Assembly: GCA_038087875.1 (NCBI GenBank)
Contig: CM075996.1
Location: forward strand, 868,001-932,000
Reading direction: 5' to 3'
Length of the DNA: 64,000 bases
Source of the DNA: Malacoraja senta
Lineage: Eukaryota
Below the pieces are notes generated by a model, which was given only the letters and a program-made list of their open reading frames with translations, did no database searches and was not told the origin of the DNA. A program made the translations under genes and the position numbers. Positions within the stretch are counted from its first letter, which is position 1. Every line of letters begins with the position of its first letter. Below, piece by piece: positions 12,497-24,785 of this stretch.

Positions 12497-12768
12497 ACAG
12501 TGGCGTAGCGGTAGAGTTGCTGTCTTACAGTGCCAGAGACCCAGGTTCGATCCTGACTACGGGTTCTGCCTGCAGAGTTTGTATGTTTTCCCCGTCTCTG
12601 GGTGCTCTGGTTTCATCCCACACTCCACAAAGACATACAGGTTTGTAGACTAATCGGCTTCTGTTAAATTATCCCTAGTATATGTAGGATAGTGTTAGTG
12701 TGTGGAGATCACTGGCTGGCATGGACTCGGTGGACCTAAGGCCCTGTGGCCCGCTGTATCTCTAAACT
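12497..12768 (+). mobile_element. tRNA-derived SINE
   Basis: TGGCGTAGCGG A-box and GGTTCGATCC B-box. Confidence 0.78.
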
Positions 12769-13562
12769 GGCTTTGAGATAAGATGATTTCTCAGGCTGCT
12801 TCCTCCCTACCTAACTGAATTGCTCCATAGTCAGGAAGGTGACAGCAATCTATTCACAAACTGTTGACACCAGATCTCCTTTCAGTATTGCATTCTGTTT
12901 TGAATTTTGATGACTGAGGAGAATGCATACAGAAACACACAATTAAAACAGCAAGTGAACCTTCACTTGCAATGAGAAGAGTTATTTCTGCTGGAGCTTT
13001 AAAGCTGCCAATATTGGGAAGCACAAATGAAAAAAGAAAATGCTGGAAATCCCCAACAGAGAGCTAGTATCTGAAAGGGAAACGGCAGGTTAGAACCATG
13101 ATTGGGTGCGTTTCATCAAAGTTCATAGCATTAGAGCGGTGCTGAAAACTCCACTACACATTTACAGCATTTTTCTCTCTTTGTTTTCAATGGTTTGTAA
13201 CACCACTGCAACAGAATGGTTGCTTTTCTGTTTTGGGTGGCGTTAATCAATCGGGGTTGAGGAAATAAAGCAGTAGTTGACCAAGTAGTGTTGAGTTTCT
13301 GGCAAACAGTGAATTGTCACAGGATGAGATTGCCAAATCTCAGTTCTCTCAGATCACTTGGCTCGTGAATTTATGTATCCAATGCTTTACCAGGTTGATG
13401 CAGATGAATTAATAATCCCACTTTTGGGGAAGTAAATTAAAAATTTAGTATGGAGAAAGAAAAATAAAACAATATGCTGCTTCTTCACCATTAACATTTT
13501 TGAGCACTTTTCAGTGTCTCAGTGTCTTCCTTGAAACAATTCCCTGTTATTTTATTTTGCAG

Positions 13563-13932
13563 GTGTGTGTTGGGGAACACTACCATCCTTGCTGAGTTTG
13601 TCAGTGAAGAGGAAGTCAACCGCTATTTTGCACAAGGTCAGTTATCGACACCTTCCCCAGGCTGGCAGACGCTGGAGACAGGACAGAGTCAGATGGATCC
13701 AGTGGGGAGCAGCCTGCATTCGTTCGGAGGCCGGGCCAGCCTGGGACAGTGGAACAGTGCCGGAGGAGTGGGCAGGGGTAGTGGGAACTTGGCGGGAGCT
13801 TCGCTCTGGGCGACCCCGAGCTACACGGCAAGCTTGTGGGGTGCCCCGAATTCTGACGATTCGCACCGAATGGGCAGTCCAGCGCCCCTACTACCTGGTG
13901 ACCTCCTGGGTGGAGGGGCTGATTCAATTTGA
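13563..13932 (+). CDS. TNRC6B: TNRC6B last coding exon (end of RRM, C-terminal LWG/CIM-2 region, stop codon)
   Basis: tgcag| acceptor. Encodes [24 protein letters not shown]...[33 protein letters not shown], a TNRC6B-type C-terminus. Confidence 0.97.
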
Positions 13933-16900
13933 ACTTTTAAGCTTTCAACCTTTGACCTGTGACCTCGTGAACTTTTTTGAACAGCAGCACTAATGTGTTT
14001 TTTTTCAAACTGCAATAAGTTTCAAGACAAGTTTAAAGAAAAAAAAGAGAGAAAAAAGAAAAAAGTGAAACAAATTAAGGGGGTCATCCACAGTCTCTTT
14101 GTGCACATAGACACCTCCTCTAATTTTCGGCTACTTTTTTTTAATCAAAAAAAATACAAAACAAAAAAACAAAAAAAACATATCACACTCAAATACTTGA
14201 ATCATGAACGCCACATTAAAAATGTGAGTACACTTTACCATCACACAATAAATAAGTTTTTTAAAAAGGTTGTATAGTTTTTTTCCTTACATGATTTCCC
14301 CCCCCCTCCGTATTGAGAAGTTGTTGCAACAGGATATTTACTGAAAACACAAAGCAGGCTTTTTAAAATCTCTTTTTTTTTTTTTGCACTGGGCACGTTT
14401 CTGTCCTCTGACATGCAATAGCGGAGACGCAGCAGAACCTCACGTATTAAAGCTAGTGATTGACCAGGACAGATATCGGGCCTCGCAGTCACTTATTAGA
14501 TGTACAATTTACAGGCTATTACTATGCACCCGTACCAGTGCTGTGTGTGCCAGCCTTCAGGCTGGGCTGCAGCAGTTACCAATGTCAGACCTGCATTGTG
14601 GGATGGTGTGGGGTTGGAATTTAGAACAGATTCTTAACTGTTCCCCTGATAACTAAATAAACCACCAGGACCACTACTAAATCACACTGACCAGAGAAGT
14701 TCCACTTGATTTCTGGTCAGTGCTGAATAGCTTATTTTTTTTCAGCCACAGAGGCTGTTATCCTAGGGCTTAAATTGGCCCCTCCGCCACTGTATACAAG
14801 CTGGTCGGAGGGTCAGAAAGAAATCATTCGTAGTTTCCATTTGTACGTGTGCTTTCCGGTGGGGTCAGGGTCGAAGGGAACGAAGCGGCAATGGCCTCTG
14901 CGGTTGAATACCCTGCCCACATTCGTTGTCTAGGGTCAGCAATGAATAATAGTTGCTTGGGCAAGGTTGCAAAGGGCTGTTAAATTGTTGGCCCAGCATG
15001 ACTGATAATCTTAAGGAGGGGGGGGGGGGGGAAATGGCATCGCAAGAGCATTAACCTCCATCTGCTTCTAGAAGTATGGAGAGAGGTATTTGCGTCATAG
15101 GTGCCTCTGGTTGATTAAGGCTCTGGGTATAACTTGGGTTATTGCTTCCCAGAGTTAGTCTTTTAATCCAAGGAGATGCAGTTCCACTCCAATTTTGCCC
15201 ATTGCCTCCTTTGTCCAAAGGTTGTCTTAACTCATTTCAGTTGTTAATTAAGATGTTCCCAGCCCTTTGCTACAATGCTGCTTCTTTTGCGCTCTATTCA
15301 GTTTGGTTACCTTATTTTTCTGCAGAAGATTTGTAACACATCCAGTGATAGATAGCAAGGCACAATCTTGCGCTGATGAAGATAGTACCACACTGATTAT
15401 TGTGTCATTTCATCACCTATAGCTGGTGCTGTTTACCATGCGCCACAGTTTAGCGTTGCAGTAGTGTCTTTATTTCCTTTTCTCTCTCTCTCTCTCTTAC
15501 AACCCCCCCCCCCCCCTCTCTCTCCCTCTCTCCTCCCCCCCCCCTCTCTTCCCCCCCCCCTTCTCTCTGGGCTATGCTGCCCTCTGAATGCTACACTCTA
15601 ATGACATAAGCACTTAAAAACAATGTAGGTTAGAAAACTTAGTGTAGAGGTTTTCAAGTAAATGTACATGTTGCACTCAGTTTCAAAGTGTTGGGGGGGA
15701 CTTGCATTGTGTACTGTAACAAGCTTTATCATTTTGTAAACTGGGGGGATTCCTGGCGGGTCAGTCATTTCCCTGCCCCCTCCCCCTTGAGGTATTTCAA
15801 AACACTTAGCTAATCCAATGAAGGTGTTGCCGGTATTTAATAAAAATAACTCCTTGAAAATAGTCCTCCCTCCTTTTGCTATATGTTTTGTGTTTTTTTA
15901 ATCTTTGAGCAGAAATGTAGCTTCCAATTGGCTTGGCTGGCTTGAGCCTTCCTCCGTTCACCTGGACTGCCTGTAAATTGACACTTTCACAAAATGCTTG
16001 TAGCCACCCACAAAGCCTCATTGGCACAAGCCTGCAAAATTGGTTTACAGCCAGCTGTTTACATCCACAGTCCCCCACTCTTAACAAAACCTTCTCTGTA
16101 ACTGCACAGGGATTTGGGAATAGGACCGAGCTCTGGGGACAACCTTGCTTATGGCTACAATAACGCTTGCTGTGTGCAACTCACTTTCCTTTCCTTAAAC
16201 CACGCAGGTTATTTCTTTGAAATTACGGTCCATCTGTGACAGCAAGACATTCTGTGGCCATTCTGTGTACTTGCTGACCTGAAGTATGCAAACAAATGTT
16301 GCTGCAAACCTAGGTTTAAGGTTACATCAGACTGTGTAGGAATAGCTTTAGCATATTATTTTGTTTACACCAAACATTGAGCATGTCTGCATGCGTATGC
16401 AGAACAATGATGCACGTGCATTAAGGGATCACAGCTGGGACTCTTAAGCAGACCTGGTGTGACCACAGCATCGAACAAAATGTCCAATATAAACTTTAAA
16501 GATACTGAAAGTGTATTTCTTTAAAATGTTACATCAGGCGCATTTAATGAGTGGGTGTGTGTCTGTCTCCTGTCCAATTTCAATTTGTGACATTATTGCT
16601 GATTTCACCCACTCTTGAAATCAAATAATTCAATCAATTGTATTGAGTATACAACAGTTGCGCTGGAAACTGGCACACATCCTTAATAATATATCTAAAA
16701 ACACACACACACACCTCAATAGGTAGCAGACTATTTCAGTCGTGCTGCTGTACAGGCTGGTACTGGGTCTCAATTAATGGTAGATAAATGCCAAACGCAG
16801 AGAGGAGTATCAGTACCTTTGTTCACTGGTCGATCACTATATAAAATTTATAAACGTTTACGTATGAATGTTCTTTAGTAGTTTAAAAGCAGTTTGTGCT

Positions 16901-19900
16901 TTCCTTTATTTCCTCCCATTCATGTTTTAAGCCCACTTGGGTGAATCTAGTGAGAAAAGCATTTACTTGTTTAGGAAACTATATATAAAAATGTTGTTAA
17001 TGTTGTTTAAAGTATTGCACCTTTTTTTCTGTTTTTTAATTGTCCTCATTGTGTTTTGCTGTAGTGTTAATTATTTTTCTTTATAAACAAAGTAAAGCAT
17101 TGTAGAATGGGTATGAGGGAGAAGGGGCAGCATGGTAATGGACAATGAGCAGTGACAAACAGTGAAGGGGAAAGGGAAGGACATTAGTCATTCTTTGAAT
17201 GTCTTCACCTTCAGCTTGAAGGCACGCCGCTGTCGCATCAGTTCAGTGATTAAAAGTAGCTGTCATTAAAAGTTACTATTTTAATCTAGCTTCTGATCCA
17301 ACCAGCCAACCTGTAGAAAACCTTTGCCTTTCCCCCACTCATACATATTGTCACTTTTGCATTTACCATGCTTATCCCACCCCTGCCCTCCTCNNNNNNN
17401 NNNNNNNNNNNNNNNNNNNNNNNNNNNNNNNNNNNNNNNNNNNNNNNNNNNNNNNNNNNNNNNNNNNNNNNNNNNNNNNNNNNNNNNNNNNNNNNNNNNN
17501 NNNNNNNNNNNNNNNNNNNNNNNNNCTCACTCCTGCGTGTGCTTGCTCATCTTCCAGCACTTTGTGGAGTGATAAAATTCAGAATATTAGGGAGGTGTCC
17601 AAGTGTTTGGCCTTGTCCTGTTTACATAATCTCTAGGGCTGTGTCGAATTGAAATATTTTGAAGAATCTTGCATTTTTAAAACAAAAAATTGTCTAGTTT
17701 GATTGAATAGTCTAATGACCTTTAGGCCTGGAAGAACGGGGATATGACTAAATTGCTGGGCACTGTATCTGATCCAGCCACCCTCGCTCTGTTCATTAGT
17801 GGAGACTGGTTATTGTACCAGTACCTAAGGCTCCTCTAAGGTAACGTTTATATCGACTAATCCAAGGTGAGGTGGATTAGGGAGTGATGCGACCCGTCCT
17901 CCATCGCACTTAATCCACATTTCTGTTTTGAGAGTGTGGACTCTGAGAATAATTTATATGAACTGTTCTTATACATGATTTTAAATACTTAAGTTCAAAT
18001 ATTGCCGGCACAGTCCTATAAACTCTATTTCCAATGCATTGAGAAATCAGAAATCAGAAAAAAACAACTTTGAACCGTTCTTCCATCAAAACAGGATAAC
18101 AAAAGACCAAAAATATATGTTTCGTATTTTTAGATGAAAAACTCTGGGAGCATTTGACAGTGTTGTTTTTATTTTAGTTTGCATTTTCTTTTTGTTTTGC
18201 TTCTATTATTTTACTTCCTCCTAAAATTTAAAGAAAGTTCTCAGGAATTTTTAGGGGAAAAGCCAGTTCCCAAAATGTTGTTTATTTTTAAGAGGGAATA
18301 AATAAAACCTGATGTTTGACTTTGAGATTTAGATTTTTAAGTCTATTTGTTGCACCAGTTCCAAACCCGTCTAATGACAAGAAGTCACTTAAATAGTAAT
18401 ACCTCATAGCGTTCCTTTTGGAATATTTGGGTTAGAAGTAATACGTACACACAATTGTAATCATATTCGCTTTGACTGGCAAGAACAACTCTTCTCATCC
18501 TGGAGAAGATAAAAGTGGAGAAAGGAAAGGGTGGGAGGGTTGTGGTGTACCCAGTGTGATATTAAATCTCTGATCAATCCTTTTTCAATGTGCAAAGATC
18601 CATTGTAAAATGCCCTCGCCCCTCAACCTAGTAATGGAATCCTCCACTCAACTACGCATGGCAACTGAAAATGTCCTGTCCAAATCTATAAGCAAGCCAT
18701 TTGTGAATCCACAGTGAGTGTGGGAACAGTTAGTCTGGATCGGGGTGTTTAATGTGCTGTATTTTCACTGTACTTCCATATCCTGACTGATCCATGCTAT
18801 GACAGGGGGAAGAAAAGTGGCCAAAAATATTTCAAACAGGAAAAAGTATTGTTTCATGAAATTAAGGGAAATGATTCCAAAATAAGCATAATTTGTTTTG
18901 TACTCTCCCTAGTTCTGTGTACCATCCTGGCTTATTCCAGCTTGGTGAAGGCATTTCTTGTGCTGGTCAGCAGCCCTGGCAATTGTTTAAACTCTTTAGG
19001 ATCCCTGTACTATATTGCTTCAGAGAGGTGGCAATGAGGGGAGCTCAGCGACGGGGCCCTTTTATATTGGTGTTACTGCTTTAGTGTGGTGCTGTTTAAT
19101 GCTGAGGAGCAGCATTTAATACCGTTTGGCAGCTGAGCACTGGCACTTCACACTAATGTAGTTAGCAGCTTGAGATGATCAGCAAGTGCCACAGCAGAAA
19201 CCAGCCTGGCCTGAGTCTCTAGCATTGCATGCGTCGTGCCTCCCCTCCCCCCATCTCATCCCCCATTTTATGTGTGGAACATTTGAAACATAAATATATC
19301 ATGCTGCAATTTTATTGCTTAGTTGCACATGTCAGAATAACAATTATTGTAAAATATCGCCTTGCTTAGAATAATTTGGTTGGTTTCTGTTGTAAAAGTA
19401 TTCCTTGTTTTCATTTCTTCCCAACTGACACAAATTCCATTTTAGATGTCATTGTTGATGGCATTGTGGGGCAGTTTCCAAACGAATGTTAAAAGTCCCT
19501 GACAATTGCTAAGCTGGTATTTATTCAGTAAGTGGATGACCACCCTTCTCATGTTGGGCAGCAGGACTTGAATATTATTAACCCCCGACCCACTGAACCG
19601 CTGCAGATTTCAATATACCAACTTTGTAGATGCATTTAGACTGTGACGAACCATAGACACAAGAGAAGCGAGATTTGCAGATAAACAGAACATTTAAACA
19701 CTGCTTTAAAACAAGATAAAACACTGCTTAAAATAATACACATGCTAGAACCCCACTGTACATGGCCTATGGAGCCACGCAAATGTGTGTTTAAAATGAT
19801 CACAATGAAGGGTAGCCTGTAAGGCTAAGTGGAGGGTAGAAATTGTAGCTTACACACAGCCCCTGCACCTTAAATAATGTTTCAGATGGTGCCTATCATT

Positions 19901-22900
19901 TATCATCTGAACCTCTTCTTCAGATGATGACTGAATAGTAAATCTGTTGTCAATTTGCAGCATTTTCTGGTTTATCATAGGTTCTTATCATTCCTTGTTA
20001 GCTATCCTGCTGGTTTCTCCTACAACACAGCCCCTGTTTCCGTGTGTAATTGAGTCCTGCATAGCTTTGTAATTGTGGTGCTTTAGGTGAGGGAAGCAGA
20101 GGTTTCACTTCCATGTCTGCATACAATTGTACCTTGACCTGAAAATATCAGTTACTGGCAAATTTCTGTAAAGTAAAGGGGTAGGTGTTTACAATTCTAG
20201 ATCCCATTCATCAGCCTGTGAACAGTGACCATATCCTTAGTTATCTTAACTATATTAGAAAATGTGAATCGATTTGAGTTTCCAGTCAGTTGCTTTTCCC
20301 AGATCATAATCAATGTGGAGAAACTCCCCTCACATTGACCTTTGTAGAGGGGTTGGAAAAAGATGCAAAATCTGCCGTGTGTTAGAGTGACGTGTGTTAG
20401 AATAATTAAGAGGGAATCGATTTTGGCAGCACCCGATGGCACTTTAAACACTTAGCTATCTCATTTACATCTCTTCAGCAAACGGTATCATTTTTTTTCA
20501 CCTGGTTTTAACTTTTACGGTTGTTGTCACATAAACCGCACCGCCATTCCCTGACTTTAGGTAGGTTGGAGTGGGTGGGGGGAAGAAGGGAGAAAGACAG
20601 TGCCCTTTCTGACCTGTCGGTCTCCTGCCAGTGCCGAATAGCATTGTCATTAAAAGCAAACCGCAGTGCTAATCGTTCTTCCTGAAGGAGTGCCTGAAAC
20701 CGTGAGATTACTGAGCAGTCTCTTGTAGATCCACTGCATTCCCTGAGTATTTTAAAAAATATGCTCAAATCCCAATGCAAACGTACCAATTGATCACTCT
20801 CGAAGTGATCCCAGCACACGCCATTGACTGAGAGAATTGATTCCCATGTCACCAGCCATATCTGAACTTAGCACACTTTAAACTGGATCTGTCATGATCG
20901 AGTCCTTTCATGGGGCATTCAGTACCTTGATTCCTTGTCTTTGTTCCATCCGCAGCCAAGATTGTAGTCTCCCAGCTACGTGTTTTTAATGTTAAAATGT
21001 AATTTTAATGTTTTTATTACCTGTGCTATTTATTGGCTGTAAATGTTTGGGCCACAGCTTGAGTATCAGGAAGAACCCGTTTATCTCATTTGTTGGTGGA
21101 AAAGTTCTTTCAAACTTCCCATCAGATTTGGTGATGATTCATGCATTGTCTTTGGTTACTTTGCTTGGGTTTGGTTGACTGGGATATGGAACAACTGGCA
21201 AGCTTGCCCCTTGTCTGTGTATGGATTGTATTGCTAACATCCTGCTTTTCCCTTTTCCTAAAACCTGAGTTGTGAATGCATTGGTGCTGCTATTAGTTTG
21301 ATTGCACAGTTCATCTGTATGCACAGCTGTATTAGGGCAGTAGTGTTAATCGTATCTATAATCTTTATATTTTTGTGTGAAGGATGAGGGAGAGATTCGA
21401 CTCCTTGCCACATTGGGGTGAATGGGGTTTTGCTGGGGATTGGATGCCACATCTTTCTCATGAAACAGTGCAGCTGTGCTGCTTAAGTTGGCCGTTTAAA
21501 TTTGTAAAGGATATCGCACTTTGAAAGGAAAATTTAGTGTTGAGAATTTCTGCCTTTTTGAAAGTATGTCTTATTTTAAAAAGAAATCCATAGCTGTGAC
21601 TAAGATGTTGCTATATTGAATTATTGCTGTTTAGTTAATATTGTATGATCCAGGGCATAGCTCTCCCATTATTTCTTCCAACGATATTGCAGGGTGTGTT
21701 CATAGTTTGCTTTCTCCTGTTTTGTGGGGATGGGAGAATAAGATTGATTGCATACGTAATATTTTTTGTGCATGGAAAATTGTTACGTTACAAAAACAAT
21801 TCTGACAATTGCCTTTCGGGTCCTCCATCTGCCCTCCCTGATAACAGGCAGTTGCAGTAATCAGTGTCTTAGGATCTGCCGAAATAAAACTCCCATTTTT
21901 CAAGGAGAAACAATCAGCATTGCTTTGGAATTTTCCTTTAAGAAAACTATCAAAAAGCTTTGGATTTGATCAATCCAACAGTGTGTGTATATTGCACAGT
22001 GAATTTAGTCTATAATAGAGTTTTTTTGGTATTAATGACTTTGATGGGGGAGAGAAGTGGCTCCTCATAAAAAGATATTTCTAGAATTGCACGTAGCATG
22101 CAACTTGCTTCTTGTAATTTCTCATTCTTCTACACCACTGCGGCTGTTTAAACGCGTAGAGCAGCTGCGCTGGTCAGCTGCTGGTGCTTGCCTTTCTCTC
22201 CTGGCGAGTTGACTCACAGTCCAGGGAAGAAGTCCAACTGCCAGTAATTCTGTAAAGAACTTGTCCTGTGCGTTTACGTTCATCATCACAACACCAAATA
22301 AAGAAAATGAGACTCATGGATTGTTTTGAGGGCCTTGGGAGGAGGGGGTAGCTTCAATCCTTATTCAGCAGTTTTAATTTAGGGAATAAATTTGTTAGAA
22401 TAATTTGACCCAAGCTGTGTGCATGGCACGGGCCTTCATCCTCTCCATCCGTTGCACTGTTCCCGGGATGTGGTGATGCATTCCCGACACATCCTCTGGT
22501 TTATTTTTCTCCTCCCTTTTTGTTCCCACGACAGATTGCATTCATGCAACCCTCCACCCATCTCCTTTCCCTCCTGCCTCCATTACTCACCTTGCCCATA
22601 AAATGGGGTGCGCCTTGGATGACCTATTGCATTGTCCCGTGTTAATCAAAGAGGCATTACAAAAATCCATCATGAAGTGGGGTGGGAAAGAGATTGAATT
22701 ACACTGTTTACACTTGCCTGATTCAATTGCTGTGACTCAGAGTGATGTCTATTACTTTGCTGCACCATGTCAAAATATTAATGAAAATAAACATTTTTGT
22801 TCTGTTTTAGTTGGAGTTTACAGGGTATCATTGGAAAATTTGGTGCCATGTAAACTGGGATAATTAATCCCCAACAGTGTGATGCAGAGAGTGTTAGTTA

Positions 22901-24785
22901 GGCATCCTCCCCTTTCAGTGGAAATAGCAGAGTGGTCTTGCCAAGGATTCCTGCGTAGTTGGTTATTGGTGCAGCAGACAGTTACACAGAGTGCAGTAAG
23001 GAGGCAGCATATCAGAACTGCTCAGGAGAAGTTGAAACTATATTTCAGTTGCAGACAAGTAACCTGTATATAAACCTTTACAATTATCACTCAACTAATG
23101 TAGAATTCGGCAACCAAGAAGGAAGAGATTTTAAAAAAACTTATTCTAATAGTACTGTGAATTATATATATATATAAATATATAAAAATCTTAAATTGCG
23201 TGGTTCCAAGGATTTCTCAATTTTTTAAATAAAATAATCCTAATGTTATATAATGAACAATTTAGAACATTTGCAGAAGAATTTGCTGATATGTCATACA
23301 TTAAGCATGTGTGTATTTTGATAGGTTTTGCAGGAAAAAAATGTATGGAGCTAGGTGGTCGGGATAATTGGTCTGTTTGGTATTCGGATGTCTGATTTCC
23401 TACCGTGCCTGCCCCCGGTACCAGTTCAGTATTGGTGCTATCGGACTGTCGCTTCTTATATTGATAAATATTGGTAAGGCAACCCTGTAGCACCTACAGT
23501 GGGATGCCTGGCTCCCCAGATTGGGCAGCAGAGGGTTTAACACTTGTAGACTTGGCTCACCTGCCAGTGTTTGGCAAAAAGCTTTTTTTTTTTTTAGGCA
23601 GACCACTCAATGGGTTGCCATAGGTAACTGGATAATCCATCTATTTTATTTTTTGAGATTGGGGAGGGGTTGTTGGGAGGGAAAGAGAAGTCTAACGCCA
23701 TTTTCTCTTCTGTGAACACACCATTCTTGTTTAACAGAGTGGTTGGTTGGCCTTGTCCAAAAACAAAATCATCATCCAAACCATCTTTACTGTGGATTGA
23801 AGGTGGGTTCAGTAGCAGAGTGATTTCTGTAGGATACGGCGTGTCTGTGTAGAAAATGCAGTGTTGTCACTAGAATTACTTGGCGTAATGGTGCCAATAC
23901 ACTATAGGAAAAATAATAGTACTTCAAGCCAATACATTCTGTGATGTTGTGTTCATTCACCACTTAAAACTGTACCTGTCTCTATCAGCACTGATTAGTA
24001 ACTGGCAGTAATGCACTTCACCCAGTATTATACAGCTTGGGTTGCAACCAGGGAGAGTGTTATGTTTGAGAAGGCAGAACTTAGAATTTCGCAATGGTTT
24101 AAGTGGCCAAGAGTACATTACGGTTTACTGCAATGCTGGTGACAACACTGTAATGTATAAATTACCTTTGACAGAAGTGAGAGGCAGGACTGACACACAC
24201 AAAAAATGAATGTATTTCATTATTTAAACAAAATGGCCTGCAAAATTTGTTTAAAGGGATACTGACTTTTTACCATATTGGGAGAGGGATGGGTGATGGG
24301 GTTTGGGGGGGGGGGGGGTGGGGGGTGGAGAAATCATCCCATTAGTGGGTGCCATTGCCTTTTAATTAGAAAATGAAAATTCTGAACTATGCATTCTGTA
24401 ACCAGGATAGGTACTTATTAAGAGAGGAAAAATAAAATCACTGGTTCATTAACAAATTGTGTTGCTTTATGTAGTTTGTACAAATAAGCTGGAGAGTTTC
24501 CATTTCTTGATCTGGCCATAGCTGGTACTGTAACCCCATCGCTGGAATAATAAGGGTGAATTTTTTTATATATCAGAGCAAAATATTAAAAAAAAGTCAT
24601 TTCATTGAAACTGAAACAAAATGTTGTTCTAATAGGTATATATATAAATAATTTTGAATTTTGCTTTTATCCGTGGTTTGTTTTGAGGATGTGATTGTGA
24701 TTGTGCAACACAGTTGCTTCAGTGGACTACATAATTTTTCTTGAGAAAAAAAAGAGAATAAACATGTGTTTGGCTGCTAAGCATT
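13933..24785 (+). other. TNRC6B: Probable long (~11 kb) TNRC6B 3'UTR; contains an assembly gap at 17394-17525
   Basis: Follows the stop codon. Lacks the young SINE/LINE families that are dense on both sides. U-rich with many miRNA seed matches. AATAAA at 24757-24762 is followed by U/GU-rich sequence. The end point is inferred. Confidence 0.6.
17394..17525. other. Assembly gap (N run)
   Basis: Run of N characters. Confidence 0.99.
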
